A DNA stretch of 64,000 nucleotides from Halothiobacillus sp. (lineage in GTDB: Bacteria > Pseudomonadota > Gammaproteobacteria > Halothiobacillales > Halothiobacillaceae). Location of the stretch: the NCBI RefSeq assembly GCF_024636015.1, contig NZ_JAGXHU010000023.1. One strand, given 5' to 3'. Below are positions 23,609 to 33,142 of this stretch, in pieces (within the stretch, counting starts at the first letter, position 1; every line of letters starts with the position of its first letter). The notes below the pieces were generated by a model. That model did not search any database. It had not been told where the DNA came from and was given only the letters and a program-made list of their open reading frames with translations. Position numbers and translations under genes: made by a program.

Positions 23609-25198
23609 TTACTTGATCAGTCCGAAACGACTGACGTCAGCAGGCAATTCATAGCGCCAGGTTTCTGAGAGGATTTTCTTGCCAATAGCCAGCGTCGCAT
23701 CAATATGCACTTCTGCCCGCCCCACAGGGCTCAGCAGCATGGACAATCGCCAGTGGCCGGGATCGGGCAGCGGCACCACCGCCTGCTCGAGCACATTGGC
23801 TGTTCCTTCCGTATCGATTTGCGCGATAACCGGCGAGCCAGGTGCCAGACGCGCCAATTGTCCACCGGAGAAATCCAGATTGACCCGGTAGGCTTTGTCG
23901 GTCTTGTCGTCCGCATTAACCTTGACGGTGCCGATCAGTGGCCGACGCACCACGGCCAGGGGCTCGTCCGCCACGGAACTGTCCCCCACGCTCAAGGTAT
24001 AGGCAAATGCCAGGGGATGATCGGCATCCACGAGATCACTGGGTTGGAAAAACGCGATCTGGTTCTCGTGCAGGTCGCTGTTGGTCGGAATTTGTACCAG
24101 CACGATTTTCCCTTTGCCGAATCCCGCTTCAGTGGTCACCCAGAGCGAGGGGCGATCTTCGAAACGGGAAATCACATCCTCGAAGTAGCAGAAGCGTTTT
24201 TGACGCTGCATGAAACCGAACCCCCGAATACCGTCGGCATCGAACTGGTTGACCCGCAATGTCGACGGATTGAGCAACGAGCGGTAGACCCAGTTCCCCT
24301 CCCCCATATGCATCAACAGGCCATCCGATTCGAACGCGGCAGGACGCCATTGCCCGGCGGGTCTCTGGCCAATTTGTCCATAAAAATACATGGTGGACAA
24401 CGGGGCAAGGCCCACCCGATCAATCTTGTTCCGCGGAAACAGATTCGCCGTCACGTGCACGTTCACACGGTCACCGTCCGGACGAATCACGAATTCGTAG
24501 GCCCCTGTCAGAGACTGACCATCCAGCAGCGCATAAATGACCAGGTGATGGTCGGCTGGGTCTGGACGAACCAGCCAGAATTTTGTGAACATCGGGAATT
24601 GCTCGCCTTGCGGCAGCCCCGTATCAATAGCCACGCCGCGCGCATGTGCCCCCTCGACCTGATTGGCTGCGACAACACCGAATTGCGCACCACCCAAAAA
24701 GGTCAGCATCAGATCTTTGGCATCCTGACCGGACAGCGGATAATCCACCGAAAATCCGGCGAAACCGAGATTGGCCGGCACACTCTGGGCAAAACTGGGA
24801 CTCGGCCAGTCAAACTGCCCCTTGTCGAAGACAATCGGCGCCACGGATTGCGGCGTGACTTCATACAGCTCGACCGGGCGCTGATACATGTATCCGGCCG
24901 CAATTGGAAGGATGTTGAAACGGCTCGACTGCCACAATTGCGCGCTCTGCTTGAATGCGATGCGTCCATAGGTCGATTGATCAATCTGAGTCAGAGACTC
25001 GGGGATTTTTGGCGTCGGTTGATAGCCAGACGCTGCCAGCTGTTTGGCCTGGATCACCACGTCGTTCAGGTCAAATGCCTGAGCAGGCAGGCAGGCAAAC
25101 CCCACACTCACCAAAAGGGCACCAAACGTGGACAGAAACACTCTGCAGAACGCGGCATACCGCACAGAACTGAACATCAACCTACACATAAAACCCAC
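23609..25198 (-). CDS. opgG: Periplasmic glucan biosynthesis protein OpgG (MdoG), Sec-type signal
   Basis: A hydrophobic signal peptide ending ...CLPAQA precedes an MdoG-family body (GLPQGEQFPMFTKFW, ALLDGQSLTGAY). It is the first gene of the opg operon. Confidence 0.9.
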   Translation of the reverse strand: MGFMCRLMFSSVRYAAFCRVFLSTFGALLVSVGFACLPAQAFDLNDVVIQAKQLAASGYQPTPKIPESLTQIDQSTYGRIAFKQSAQLWQSSRFNILPIAAGYMYQRPVELYEVTPQSVAPIVFDKGQFDWPSPSFAQSVPANLGFAGFSVDYPLSGQDAKDLMLTFLGGAQFGVVAANQVEGAHARGVAIDTGLPQGEQFPMFTKFWLVRPDPADHHLVIYALLDGQSLTGAYEFVIRPDGDRVNVHVTANLFPRNKIDRVGLAPLSTMYFYGQIGQRPAGQWRPAAFESDGLLMHMGEGNWVYRSLLNPSTLRVNQFDADGIRGFGFMQRQKRFCYFEDVISRFEDRPSLWVTTEAGFGKGKIVLVQIPTNSDLHENQIAFFQPSDLVDADHPLAFAYTLSVGDSSVADEPLAVVRRPLIGTVKVNADDKTDKAYRVNLDFSGGQLARLAPGSPVIAQIDTEGTANVLEQAVVPLPDPGHWRLSMLLSPVGRAEVHIDATLAIGKKILSETWRYELPADVSRFGLIK

Positions 25199-25714
25199 TT
25201 TGGCATTTTGATCATCAAAAACAGTGCAGTCGGATTGGAAATCCGTTCAAAAACTACGCGGGCAAAACCATGCCCCATGTTGTAGCAACATCCTTCATAA
25301 ATTCTATCTCCGGCCGCATACAATAAATTAAATCACTGCACATTCAAACTGCGCGTCTTACTCGGGACGAGTCATATTTTTCGCACGCGACACAAAAACA
25401 AATAATTACTTAATTATCAATTTGTTAAATAAAACAGAAATAGTCAGACGTGGGGTTTAAGAAAAGACATGCCCGGAGTTGGAGATGATGACGTGATCGA
25501 CATCATAGAAGTGACGCCAATCACTACCCGAAAAAATCGAGTGACAGGACAGACAACCGAACGAGCCACCCCGATAGGAAATGGAGTGGCAGGCAGAATA
25601 GGCGCGCCGTGATGAGGCTATTTAGAGATAGAGCCGGACGAAAGATGGTCGAACGAGGGTGATGGAAAATTGAAGGATACAACGCTGGCCAGACCTGAGA
25701 CGGACCACCGGATA

Positions 25715-26269
25715 TCACCCCCGCTGTGACAACACCATCTGCCCCAGATTTTCGTAACCCTTGCGATGCACAAATTTGCACAACATATCCTGCGCAGGGC
25801 GAAACCGACGCTCATCAAGAAAACCACTGCCCTTCTCTGCGGCGCGCAACCGAGCAAACAGCTCTTCCCAGGCCGGAATCAAATCAGCCCGGGGTAAGAA
25901 ACGGGCCGAGGTATATCCAATGGGTTTATTATCCTGCATCACCGTAGCCACGCGGGTCATCACCCAATAGTGATCACCATTCTTGCAACGATTTTTGACA
26001 ATACCGTAGAACTCCTCCCCCGCCTGAATGCGCTGCCACATCAGGTAGTACACCGTATCCGGCATATCCGGATGACGCAGAATATTATGCGGCTGCCCGA
26101 TCAATTCATCGACCGTATACCCTGATGTATCGGCTAACGATTGGCTCGCATGGGTGATGATGCCATTCAGATCGGTTTTGGATTGCAAAGCGCGGTGCGT
26201 CCCCATCCCGATCACCTTATTCGTCACCAGCCGTATATCAACCGGCGGGTGGTATCCCATGGATAACAT
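25715..26269 (-). CDS. Stand-alone Aer-type PAS domain protein (FAD-binding PAS class), with no MCP/HAMP output
   Basis: The sequence TDLNGIITHASQSLADTSGYTVDELIGQPHNILRHPDMPDTVYYLMWQRIQAGEEFYGIVKNRCKNGDHYWV closely follows the E. coli Aer N-terminal PAS sequence as I recall it. The protein ends after about 60 further residues. Confidence 0.75.
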   Translation of the reverse strand: MLSMGYHPPVDIRLVTNKVIGMGTHRALQSKTDLNGIITHASQSLADTSGYTVDELIGQPHNILRHPDMPDTVYYLMWQRIQAGEEFYGIVKNRCKNGDHYWVMTRVATVMQDNKPIGYTSARFLPRADLIPAWEELFARLRAAEKGSGFLDERRFRPAQDMLCKFVHRKGYENLGQMVLSQRG

Positions 26270-26743
26270 CGTTGGAAATACCTCTTGTAGATTACCAGAC
26301 GCATCGACCCGGCACCCTTGCAGAAGCCAATGTCATCACCCCGTCACAAAAATGCGATCATGCGGGATATACCTGTAAAATCAACCAAGTGAATTAGTAT
26401 GAAATCAAATAGCACAACTATTTACCGCGCTGGTATACGCTCAATCCTCATCTGTGCTTGAGTACGCCCCCCTACCGATAACAAATTGCCCAGCCCCCTC
26501 TTGGCGAACGATAAACACCTCATTGATCTCGGCTACAAGGCGGTCAATCCGCAAGCAATCCACGGTTTATTAAGGGATTACTTCTGATCAAGCCCGACCC
26601 GCGAACTTTGCCAGCAAATATACCCGAGCACGATTACCCGTCTGCCCTGGCAAAATGTCACAATATCGCCCCAAGCCCGTTCCAAAAACCGTTTTGGATT
26701 CAGGTTGCACCCCGTCCCGCCTACTGATGGAATCCCGCATCGC

Positions 26744-29700
26744 ATGAGTTTTGTTCATCTCCATTGCCACAGTGAATACTCCTTGGTCGACAGCACCTTG
26801 CGCATAAAACCGATGCTGGCCGCCACACGGGAACGGGGCATGCCTGCCTTGGCTATCACCGACCAGGGCAATCTGTTTGCGATGGTGAAGTTCTACCAGG
26901 CAGCGATCAAGGCCGGCATCAAACCCATTCTGGGGGCGGATTGCTGGCTGCAGGATCCCCGTCAGAACGAATTGAGCCGAGTGGTCTTGCTCGCACAGAA
27001 CAATCTGGGATTTCGGCACCTCACGGAACTCCTGTCGCAAGGCTACTGCGAAGGCCAGATTGACGGCCGCCCCACCCTCAAGCGCGAATGGCTGACCATA
27101 GCGCAATGCCAAGGCCTGATCGCCCTGAGCGGTGGAACGACCGGCGAGATCGGTCAGATGCTTCTGCACGGCAAACCGACGGAACTGGATACCGCGCTGG
27201 CTTTCTGGCGCGAACGGTTCCCGGATCGGTTTTATCTTGAACTGACACGCACCGGGCGGCCTGAGGAAGAAACCTATTTGCATGCGGCCGTGTCGCTCGC
27301 ACAGCAGGCAGATTTGCCCGTCGTCGCCACCAATGACATCCGATTCATGGATACCGGGGACTTTGAAGCCCATGAACTGCGCGTGTGCATTCACGACGGT
27401 CGTACCCTGGATGACCCCCGCCGACCCCGTTTGTATTCGCCGCAACAATACCTGCGATCCGCCGAAGAAATGCAGTCGCTGTTCGCCGATATTCCCGAAG
27501 CGCTGGCCAACACCGTGGCCATCGCCGAGCGCTGCAATGTCACGCTGCAATTGGGTAAAAACTTCCTGCCGAGCTTCCCCACGCCCAATGGCGAGACCGA
27601 GGCGGATTATCTGCGCGCCCTGAGCGAACAAGGGCTGGAATATCGTTTTGAACGCGTCCCGGAAGCGCAGCATGCCGAGTATCGGGAGCGACTAAACATC
27701 GAGCTGGATGTGGTCATCCAAATGGGATTCCCCGGCTACTTCCTGATCGTGGCCGACTTTATTCAGTGGGCCAAACGCCAATCCATCCCCGTCGGCCCGG
27801 GGCGGGGTTCCGGCGCGGGCTCGCTTGTCGCCTGGGCATTGCTGATTACGGACATCGACCCAATCCCCTACGATCTGCTCTTCGAACGATTCCTGAACCC
27901 CGAGCGGGTGTCGATGCCCGATTTCGATATCGACTTCTGCATGGAAGGCCGCGATCGCGTGATCGACTATGTGGCCGAACGCTATGGCCGCGCATCGGTA
28001 TCGCAGATTGCCACCCACGGCACCATGGCGGCAAAAGCGGTCGTGCGGGACGTCGGCCGCGTCATGGGTTATCCCTACGGTTTCGTTGACCGGGTCGCCA
28101 AGCTGATTCCGATGAAACCGGGACTGGATGTCACCCTCGAAGACGCCCTGGGCCGTACCGAGCGCTCGCAAAAGGAAACCGAACGGTTCTCGGCGGAATT
28201 CCGCGATCTCTACGAGCGGGATGAAGAGGTTCAGGCGATCGTGGATATGGGCATGGCCCTCGAAGGCCTGCCGCGCAATGTGGGCAAGCACGCGGGCGGC
28301 GTCGTGATCGCGCCCAGCAAGCTGACCGATTTCACCCCCATGTACTGCGAAGCCAATGGCGCCTCGGCCGCATCGCAGCTCGACAAGGATGACGTCGAGG
28401 CCGTCGGTCTCGTCAAGTTCGACTTTCTTGGGTTGCGCAACCTCACCATCATCGACTGGGCAGTCATCGCCATCAATGCCGACCGGAAACAGCGCGGCGA
28501 GTCTCCGGTCGACATCACCGCGCTTCCACTGGACGATGTCCCCAGTTTCAAACTGTTGAAACGCTGCGAAACCACGGCCGTCTTCCAGCTTGAATCCCGT
28601 GGGATGAAGGATCTGATTCGCCGTCTCCAGCCGGATACCTTCGAGGAAATCATCGCGCTCGTTGCCCTGTTCCGGCCCGGCCCGCTGCAATCAGGCATGG
28701 TGGACGACTTCATCCTGCGCAAAAAGGGCGAACAGCGGATCGAATACCTGCATCCCTGGCTGACCGAGGTCCTCACGCCAACCTACGGCGTGATTGTGTA
28801 CCAGGAACAGGTGATGCAAATCGCCCAAATTCTCGCCGGGTATACCCTGGGCGGCGCCGATCTACTCCGCCGCGCCATGGGCAAGAAAAAGCCTGAGGAA
28901 ATGGCCAAGCAACGTACCATTTTCATGGAAGGGGCAAAAACCAAGCAAGTCGATCCTGATCAGGCCGGCTACATCTTCGATTTGATGGAGAAGTTTGCAG
29001 GTTACGGTTTCAACAAATCCCACTCTGCCGCCTATGCGCTGGTCGCCTACCAGACTGCCTGGCTTAAGGCGCATTACCCGGCGCACTTCATGGCTGCCGT
29101 GCTCTCCGCCGATATGGACAATACCGACAAGATCGTCGGCCTGATCGGTGAGTGCAAACGCATGGATCTGCAGGTCATCCCGCCGGATGTCAACCTCTGC
29201 GGCTACAAGTTCGAAGCCGCCGACACCTATACCGTGGTCTATGGATTAGGCGCCATCAAGGGCGTGGGCGAAGGCGTCATCCAGCGCATCGTGTCGGAAC
29301 GCCAGACCAGTGGCCCCTTTGCGGACATGAACGATTTCTGTCAGCGCGTGGGCACCCAGGCGTTGAACAAACGCGTGCTCGAAGCCATGGTACTAGCAGG
29401 TGCGCTCGATCTATTAGGCCCCAATCGGGCCAGCCTGTTTGCACACATCCCGGAAGCCATGAAGGCGGCCAATCAATTGCAAAGCGCCCAAGATGCCGGC
29501 ATGGGTGATCTATTCGGCACGCTCGACACACCCGAAACGGCGATTACCGTCCCCATTCGCACGCTGGAATCCTGGCCGGACGCCGAACAGCTCAAGCGGG
29601 AAAAAAATACCCTCGGGCTGTACCTGACCGGGCACCCCATCTATGCCTTCACGGCCGAACTCGCCAAAATCATCACGGACAAACTTGCCGATCTCAGCGA

Positions 29701-30256
29701 GCGACTGGACGCGCCTGCGCCCGGCACCTATAGCCGCGGCGAACCGGTGACCGTGGCTGGCCTGTGCGTGGCAGAGCGCGTGGTTCGCCAACAGAATGGC
29801 GACCGTCAACTGTTCATCACGTTGGATGACGGCGGCGGCCGGTGCGAAGTGCGCATCACCGGGGACGACATCGACAATCTCGCCCCTTTGATCGGTCTGG
29901 ACCAACTCGTGATCGTGGAAGGCGATGCCACCTTCGACAACTTCAGCGGCGGCATTCGCGTGCGCTGCAAACGCCTGATGCCCCTTGAGCAGGCGCGCTG
30001 CGAACGTGCCCGCAGCCTAATGATCAACCTGCAACCCGAATGCGGTGCCGATCAAATCGACGAACTCTTGAACGTTCTCCGCGAGCATCGACCCACAGCG
30101 GGCGGCATACCTGTTCATTGCTTGGTTCAATCATCGCTGGCACGCGGGGTCGTTCGGTTGGGTCCGGAATGGCAGGTCATTCCGACGGACCCTGTGTTAT
30201 TCGACCTGCGCGCTTCGACGGGTATTACCGATGTGCTGGTCGTCTATCGACGCTAA
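26744..30256 (+). CDS. dnaE: DNA polymerase III alpha subunit DnaE
   Basis: It has the PHP domain start (MSFVHLHCHSEYSLVDS), the polymerase core (PDFDIDF) and an OB-fold C-terminus. The product is 1170 aa from the ATG at 26744; the ORF is open from a TTG at 26705. Confidence 0.97.
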   Translation: MSFVHLHCHSEYSLVDSTLRIKPMLAATRERGMPALAITDQGNLFAMVKFYQAAIKAGIKPILGADCWLQDPRQNELSRVVLLAQNNLGFRHLTELLSQGYCEGQIDGRPTLKREWLTIAQCQGLIALSGGTTGEIGQMLLHGKPTELDTALAFWRERFPDRFYLELTRTGRPEEETYLHAAVSLAQQADLPVVATNDIRFMDTGDFEAHELRVCIHDGRTLDDPRRPRLYSPQQYLRSAEEMQSLFADIPEALANTVAIAERCNVTLQLGKNFLPSFPTPNGETEADYLRALSEQGLEYRFERVPEAQHAEYRERLNIELDVVIQMGFPGYFLIVADFIQWAKRQSIPVGPGRGSGAGSLVAWALLITDIDPIPYDLLFERFLNPERVSMPDFDIDFCMEGRDRVIDYVAERYGRASVSQIATHGTMAAKAVVRDVGRVMGYPYGFVDRVAKLIPMKPGLDVTLEDALGRTERSQKETERFSAEFRDLYERDEEVQAIVDMGMALEGLPRNVGKHAGGVVIAPSKLTDFTPMYCEANGASAASQLDKDDVEAVGLVKFDFLGLRNLTIIDWAVIAINADRKQRGESPVDITALPLDDVPSFKLLKRCETTAVFQLESRGMKDLIRRLQPDTFEEIIALVALFRPGPLQSGMVDDFILRKKGEQRIEYLHPWLTEVLTPTYGVIVYQEQVMQIAQILAGYTLGGADLLRRAMGKKKPEEMAKQRTIFMEGAKTKQVDPDQAGYIFDLMEKFAGYGFNKSHSAAYALVAYQTAWLKAHYPAHFMAAVLSADMDNTDKIVGLIGECKRMDLQVIPPDVNLCGYKFEAADTYTVVYGLGAIKGVGEGVIQRIVSERQTSGPFADMNDFCQRVGTQALNKRVLEAMVLAGALDLLGPNRASLFAHIPEAMKAANQLQSAQDAGMGDLFGTLDTPETAITVPIRTLESWPDAEQLKREKNTLGLYLTGHPIYAFTAELAKIITDKLADLSERLDAPAPGTYSRGEPVTVAGLCVAERVVRQQNGDRQLFITLDDGGGRCEVRITGDDIDNLAPLIGLDQLVIVEGDATFDNFSGGIRVRCKRLMPLEQARCERARSLMINLQPECGADQIDELLNVLREHRPTAGGIPVHCLVQSSLARGVVRLGPEWQVIPTDPVLFDLRASTGITDVLVVYRR

Positions 30257-30382
30257 TCAAATCCGATGCACGAACGACATACCGACCCTTGCTCAAAACG
30301 CAAAATACATGTGAAAAAGTAAGGAATAACCCCATTTCTGGCTATACTGCCCAGCCACTTTTCAACCACGGGAACCACAACC

Positions 30383-30622
30383 ATGCAGATTGAACACCAT
30401 GACCTTGCGCATGAATTTCCGGATTTCAAAGAAAAGATCCATCTGCTAAAAATGGAGAATCACCATTTTGCACGCCTGTTCGAGGCCTATCACACCCTGA
30501 ACAACGAGATCGAGCAGGCCGAAAAGAATGACCTCCCGATCACGGACGAACACGCAGAAACATTGAAAAAACAGCGGCTGGAACTCAAGGATCAGCTGTA
30601 CCAGATCCTGACCTCGGCCTGA
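30383..30622 (+). CDS. DUF465/YdcH-family small protein
   Basis: The 79-aa helical protein carries the characteristic F..L...H..L..EI pattern (HHFARLFEAYHTLNNEIEQAE). Confidence 0.7.
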   Translation: MQIEHHDLAHEFPDFKEKIHLLKMENHHFARLFEAYHTLNNEIEQAEKNDLPITDEHAETLKKQRLELKDQLYQILTSA

Positions 30623-30703
30623 TCACCCGCCGACCGGCGCACGCTTTCCGGCGCCGGCATCGACCGCACAAAACCGGCTAGCTGATCAGGCAGTCCCGGT
30701 CTT

Positions 30704-31038
30704 TTAAAAAAGAGCCAACGCTGTTTTCACTTCGGCGATATGTGTCAACGCTGGCCCGCCGCCCATCAAAATGGCGACTTCACAGACCTCGATAATCTCC
30801 GCATGGGTCACACCCGCCAGCAAGGCGCGATTGACATGAATCCCGATGCAATAATCGAACTTGCCGTAATCGCCATACCCAGGGCAATCAACTCCTTGGT
30901 CTTGCTGTCGAGCGCCCGATTGCACAGAACTTCGTTCATGAACCCGTCTAAGGCCTTCATCACGGTCGGGGCCTCATTGACCATCATGTTCATGCCTGCC
31001 TTGAAATCATGCATCGTCTGATTCATGTCATTGCTCAT
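30704..31038 (-). pseudogene. Carboxymuconolactone decarboxylase (CMD/AhpD-like) family gene interrupted by a single-nucleotide frameshift
   Basis: The N-terminal half sits in one frame (30808-31038: ...ALDSKTKELIALGMAIT) and the C-terminal half in another (30704-30925: ...KFDYCIGIHVNRALLAGVTHAEIIEVCEVAILMGGGPAL). Joined, they give a typical CMD protein of about 110 aa. The junction is near 30861-30866. Confidence 0.7.
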
Positions 31039-31264
31039 GATGTATCTCTTGAAAATTTAGGGGAATTGGGCGACAAGGGAGCTCACAGACTAAATCATTA
31101 CCCATTTCAGGGTTATTGAATATTCCAGACCGCAATTTTTTCTTAATTGTCCGTCGACCCAATCCTGAACCTGGTCAACAAACAGAGACGACATCAACAC
31201 AAAGCTGTCACCTGAATGGAATATAGATAGGGGTTCACCCCGACGACTACCGGACATCGACATC

Positions 31265-33112
31265 ATGCGATCTTCCCTCGCCCCCGCTGCCACGTCCTTG
31301 CAGGAACAGATCGAGACCTTGCGCCAGGCAGGAGCCCGACTCGAAGGACAGCGCGCCGACGAACTTGCCCGTATTGACCCCCATTTTCAGGCGAGTGCGC
31401 GTAACCTGCTCCACTATCTGGGTGTACGCCAACATGATATCCGCCACTTGCAACGCGAATTGGCCCATCTGGGCCTGTCTTCGTTCGGGATACTGGAGTC
31501 GCACGTTATGGCTTCACTCAATGCCGTCACCCACCGTCTTGAGGACATGGCAGGCAAACATGAAAGCATGCCATTACCGGAACCCGTTGATTTAAAAAAC
31601 GGGCTCCGTCTCCTGCAGGAACATACCCGCAGTCTGCTGGGCGACGCTCAAGGCGATCGCGAGGTTCGGCTGATGGTCACCCTGCCGAGCGAGGCGGCGA
31701 CCGATCTCAACCTGATTCCGAGCCTGATTGAAGCCGGAATGGAAGTGGCGCGGATCAACTGCGCCCATGATGATATTTCTACCTGGCGCAACATGACCGC
31801 ACAGGTACGCAGTGCCGCCCTAGCGCTGAGTCGCCCCTGCCGAGTCCAGGCCGATCTGGCCGGGCCAAAATCCCGAACCGGCACCATTCGGGCTCAGGGA
31901 AAATTACTCAAGATCCGTCCGAAACGGGATTTTCGGGGCCGTGTCGTCCAGGCAGCCCGACTCTGGATCACGCGGGAAAGCCAACCGAGTACGCCACCGA
32001 GTGCCGATATCGCCCACCTGTTTCTCCGCCCCCAACAGGCCGAAGGGCAGTGGGGGAAACTCGATCCCGACACCCAGTTCGAACTGACAGATGCCCGTGC
32101 CCACCGCTGCAAGGGTTGGCTGCTGGAACAATCGCCCGCCGGATTGCTGATCGGCTTCGCACACACGGCATATATAGAGGATGGCACCCCACTACATGCC
32201 ACCGATCCACACATCCTACGCGGCCTGCTGATCGGCGCGCCCCTCATTCCCGAAGAAATCCGACTGCAGATAGGCGATGTGCTGATCCTTTCACGCATGA
32301 ATATTCCGGGATCTGCGGCCCGTATCCTGGATGGTCAAATTGAGCCGGCTCGCCTGCATTGCACGCTGGAGGCCGCTTTCAGGGATGCCCAACCTGATCA
32401 GTCGGTCTGGCTGGACGATGGACGGATCGGCGGACTCATTGCTGCCAACGATGGTGACCGGATCACCGTGACAATCACCCACGCCGACCCGGCAGGTAGT
32501 CGCCTCAAGGAGGAAAAGGGGATCAATTTCCCCGATACCGATTTCCATACGCCAGCACTGACGGACAAGGATATTGCCGACCTGAACGCCCTCGCCCACG
32601 AGGTCGACATCATTGCGCTCTCGTTTCTGCGCAATCCGGAAGATGTCGCCCTACTGCAGGATCATCTGGCCCGGCTGGATGCCTGCCAAACGGGCATCGT
32701 GCTTAAAATAGAAAATCGTCAGGCCTTTAAGCATCTGCCTCGCATCTTGTTGACAGGCATGCGTAGCCCGCGGCTCGGTGTCATGATCGCCCGTGGCGAT
32801 CTTGCCGTTGAACTGGGTTTCGAGCGGCTTTCGGAGGTACAGGAAGAAATTCTCTGGCTCTGCGAGGCCGCGCATATCCCGGTGATCTGGGCCACACAGA
32901 TTCTGGAAAACATGGCCAAAAACGGCTCGCCCTCCCGTGCGGAGGTGACCGATGCCGCCATGAGCATCCGGGCAGAGTGCGTTATGTTGAACAAGGGGCC
33001 GCACATCATCGAAACTTTGCGGTTCCTCGATGCCGTACTGGGGCGGATGGAAGGCCATTACAGCAAGCGCATGGCCATGCGGCGCAAACTCACCATCGCC
33101 GATTTGAACTGA
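31265..33112 (+). CDS. Atypical pyruvate kinase-family protein (N-terminal extension, enlarged B-domain, no C-terminal allosteric domain)
   Basis: The PK barrel motifs are present: ARINCAHD (compare ARLNFSHG), DLAGPKSRTG (DTKGPEIRTG), LKIEN, MIARGDLAVE, ATQILENM and PSRAEVTD. The 615-aa protein ends about 35 aa after the last barrel element. Confidence 0.7.
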   Translation: MRSSLAPAATSLQEQIETLRQAGARLEGQRADELARIDPHFQASARNLLHYLGVRQHDIRHLQRELAHLGLSSFGILESHVMASLNAVTHRLEDMAGKHESMPLPEPVDLKNGLRLLQEHTRSLLGDAQGDREVRLMVTLPSEAATDLNLIPSLIEAGMEVARINCAHDDISTWRNMTAQVRSAALALSRPCRVQADLAGPKSRTGTIRAQGKLLKIRPKRDFRGRVVQAARLWITRESQPSTPPSADIAHLFLRPQQAEGQWGKLDPDTQFELTDARAHRCKGWLLEQSPAGLLIGFAHTAYIEDGTPLHATDPHILRGLLIGAPLIPEEIRLQIGDVLILSRMNIPGSAARILDGQIEPARLHCTLEAAFRDAQPDQSVWLDDGRIGGLIAANDGDRITVTITHADPAGSRLKEEKGINFPDTDFHTPALTDKDIADLNALAHEVDIIALSFLRNPEDVALLQDHLARLDACQTGIVLKIENRQAFKHLPRILLTGMRSPRLGVMIARGDLAVELGFERLSEVQEEILWLCEAAHIPVIWATQILENMAKNGSPSRAEVTDAAMSIRAECVMLNKGPHIIETLRFLDAVLGRMEGHYSKRMAMRRKLTIADLN

Positions 33113-33142
33113 TCGTGCGTACCGGCGAATACGAACGCCGAT

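Noticed and set aside
23705-25285. 526-aa ORF on the plus strand
   Set aside because: It lies entirely antisense to opgG, which has clear MdoG-family similarity and a signal peptide. The translation is Arg/His/Gln-rich low-complexity sequence typical of antisense frames in GC-rich genes.
26588-28690. Two long minus-strand ORFs (361 aa and 332 aa)
   Set aside because: Both lie antisense within dnaE. They have no recognisable motifs, and the dnaE frame is unambiguous.
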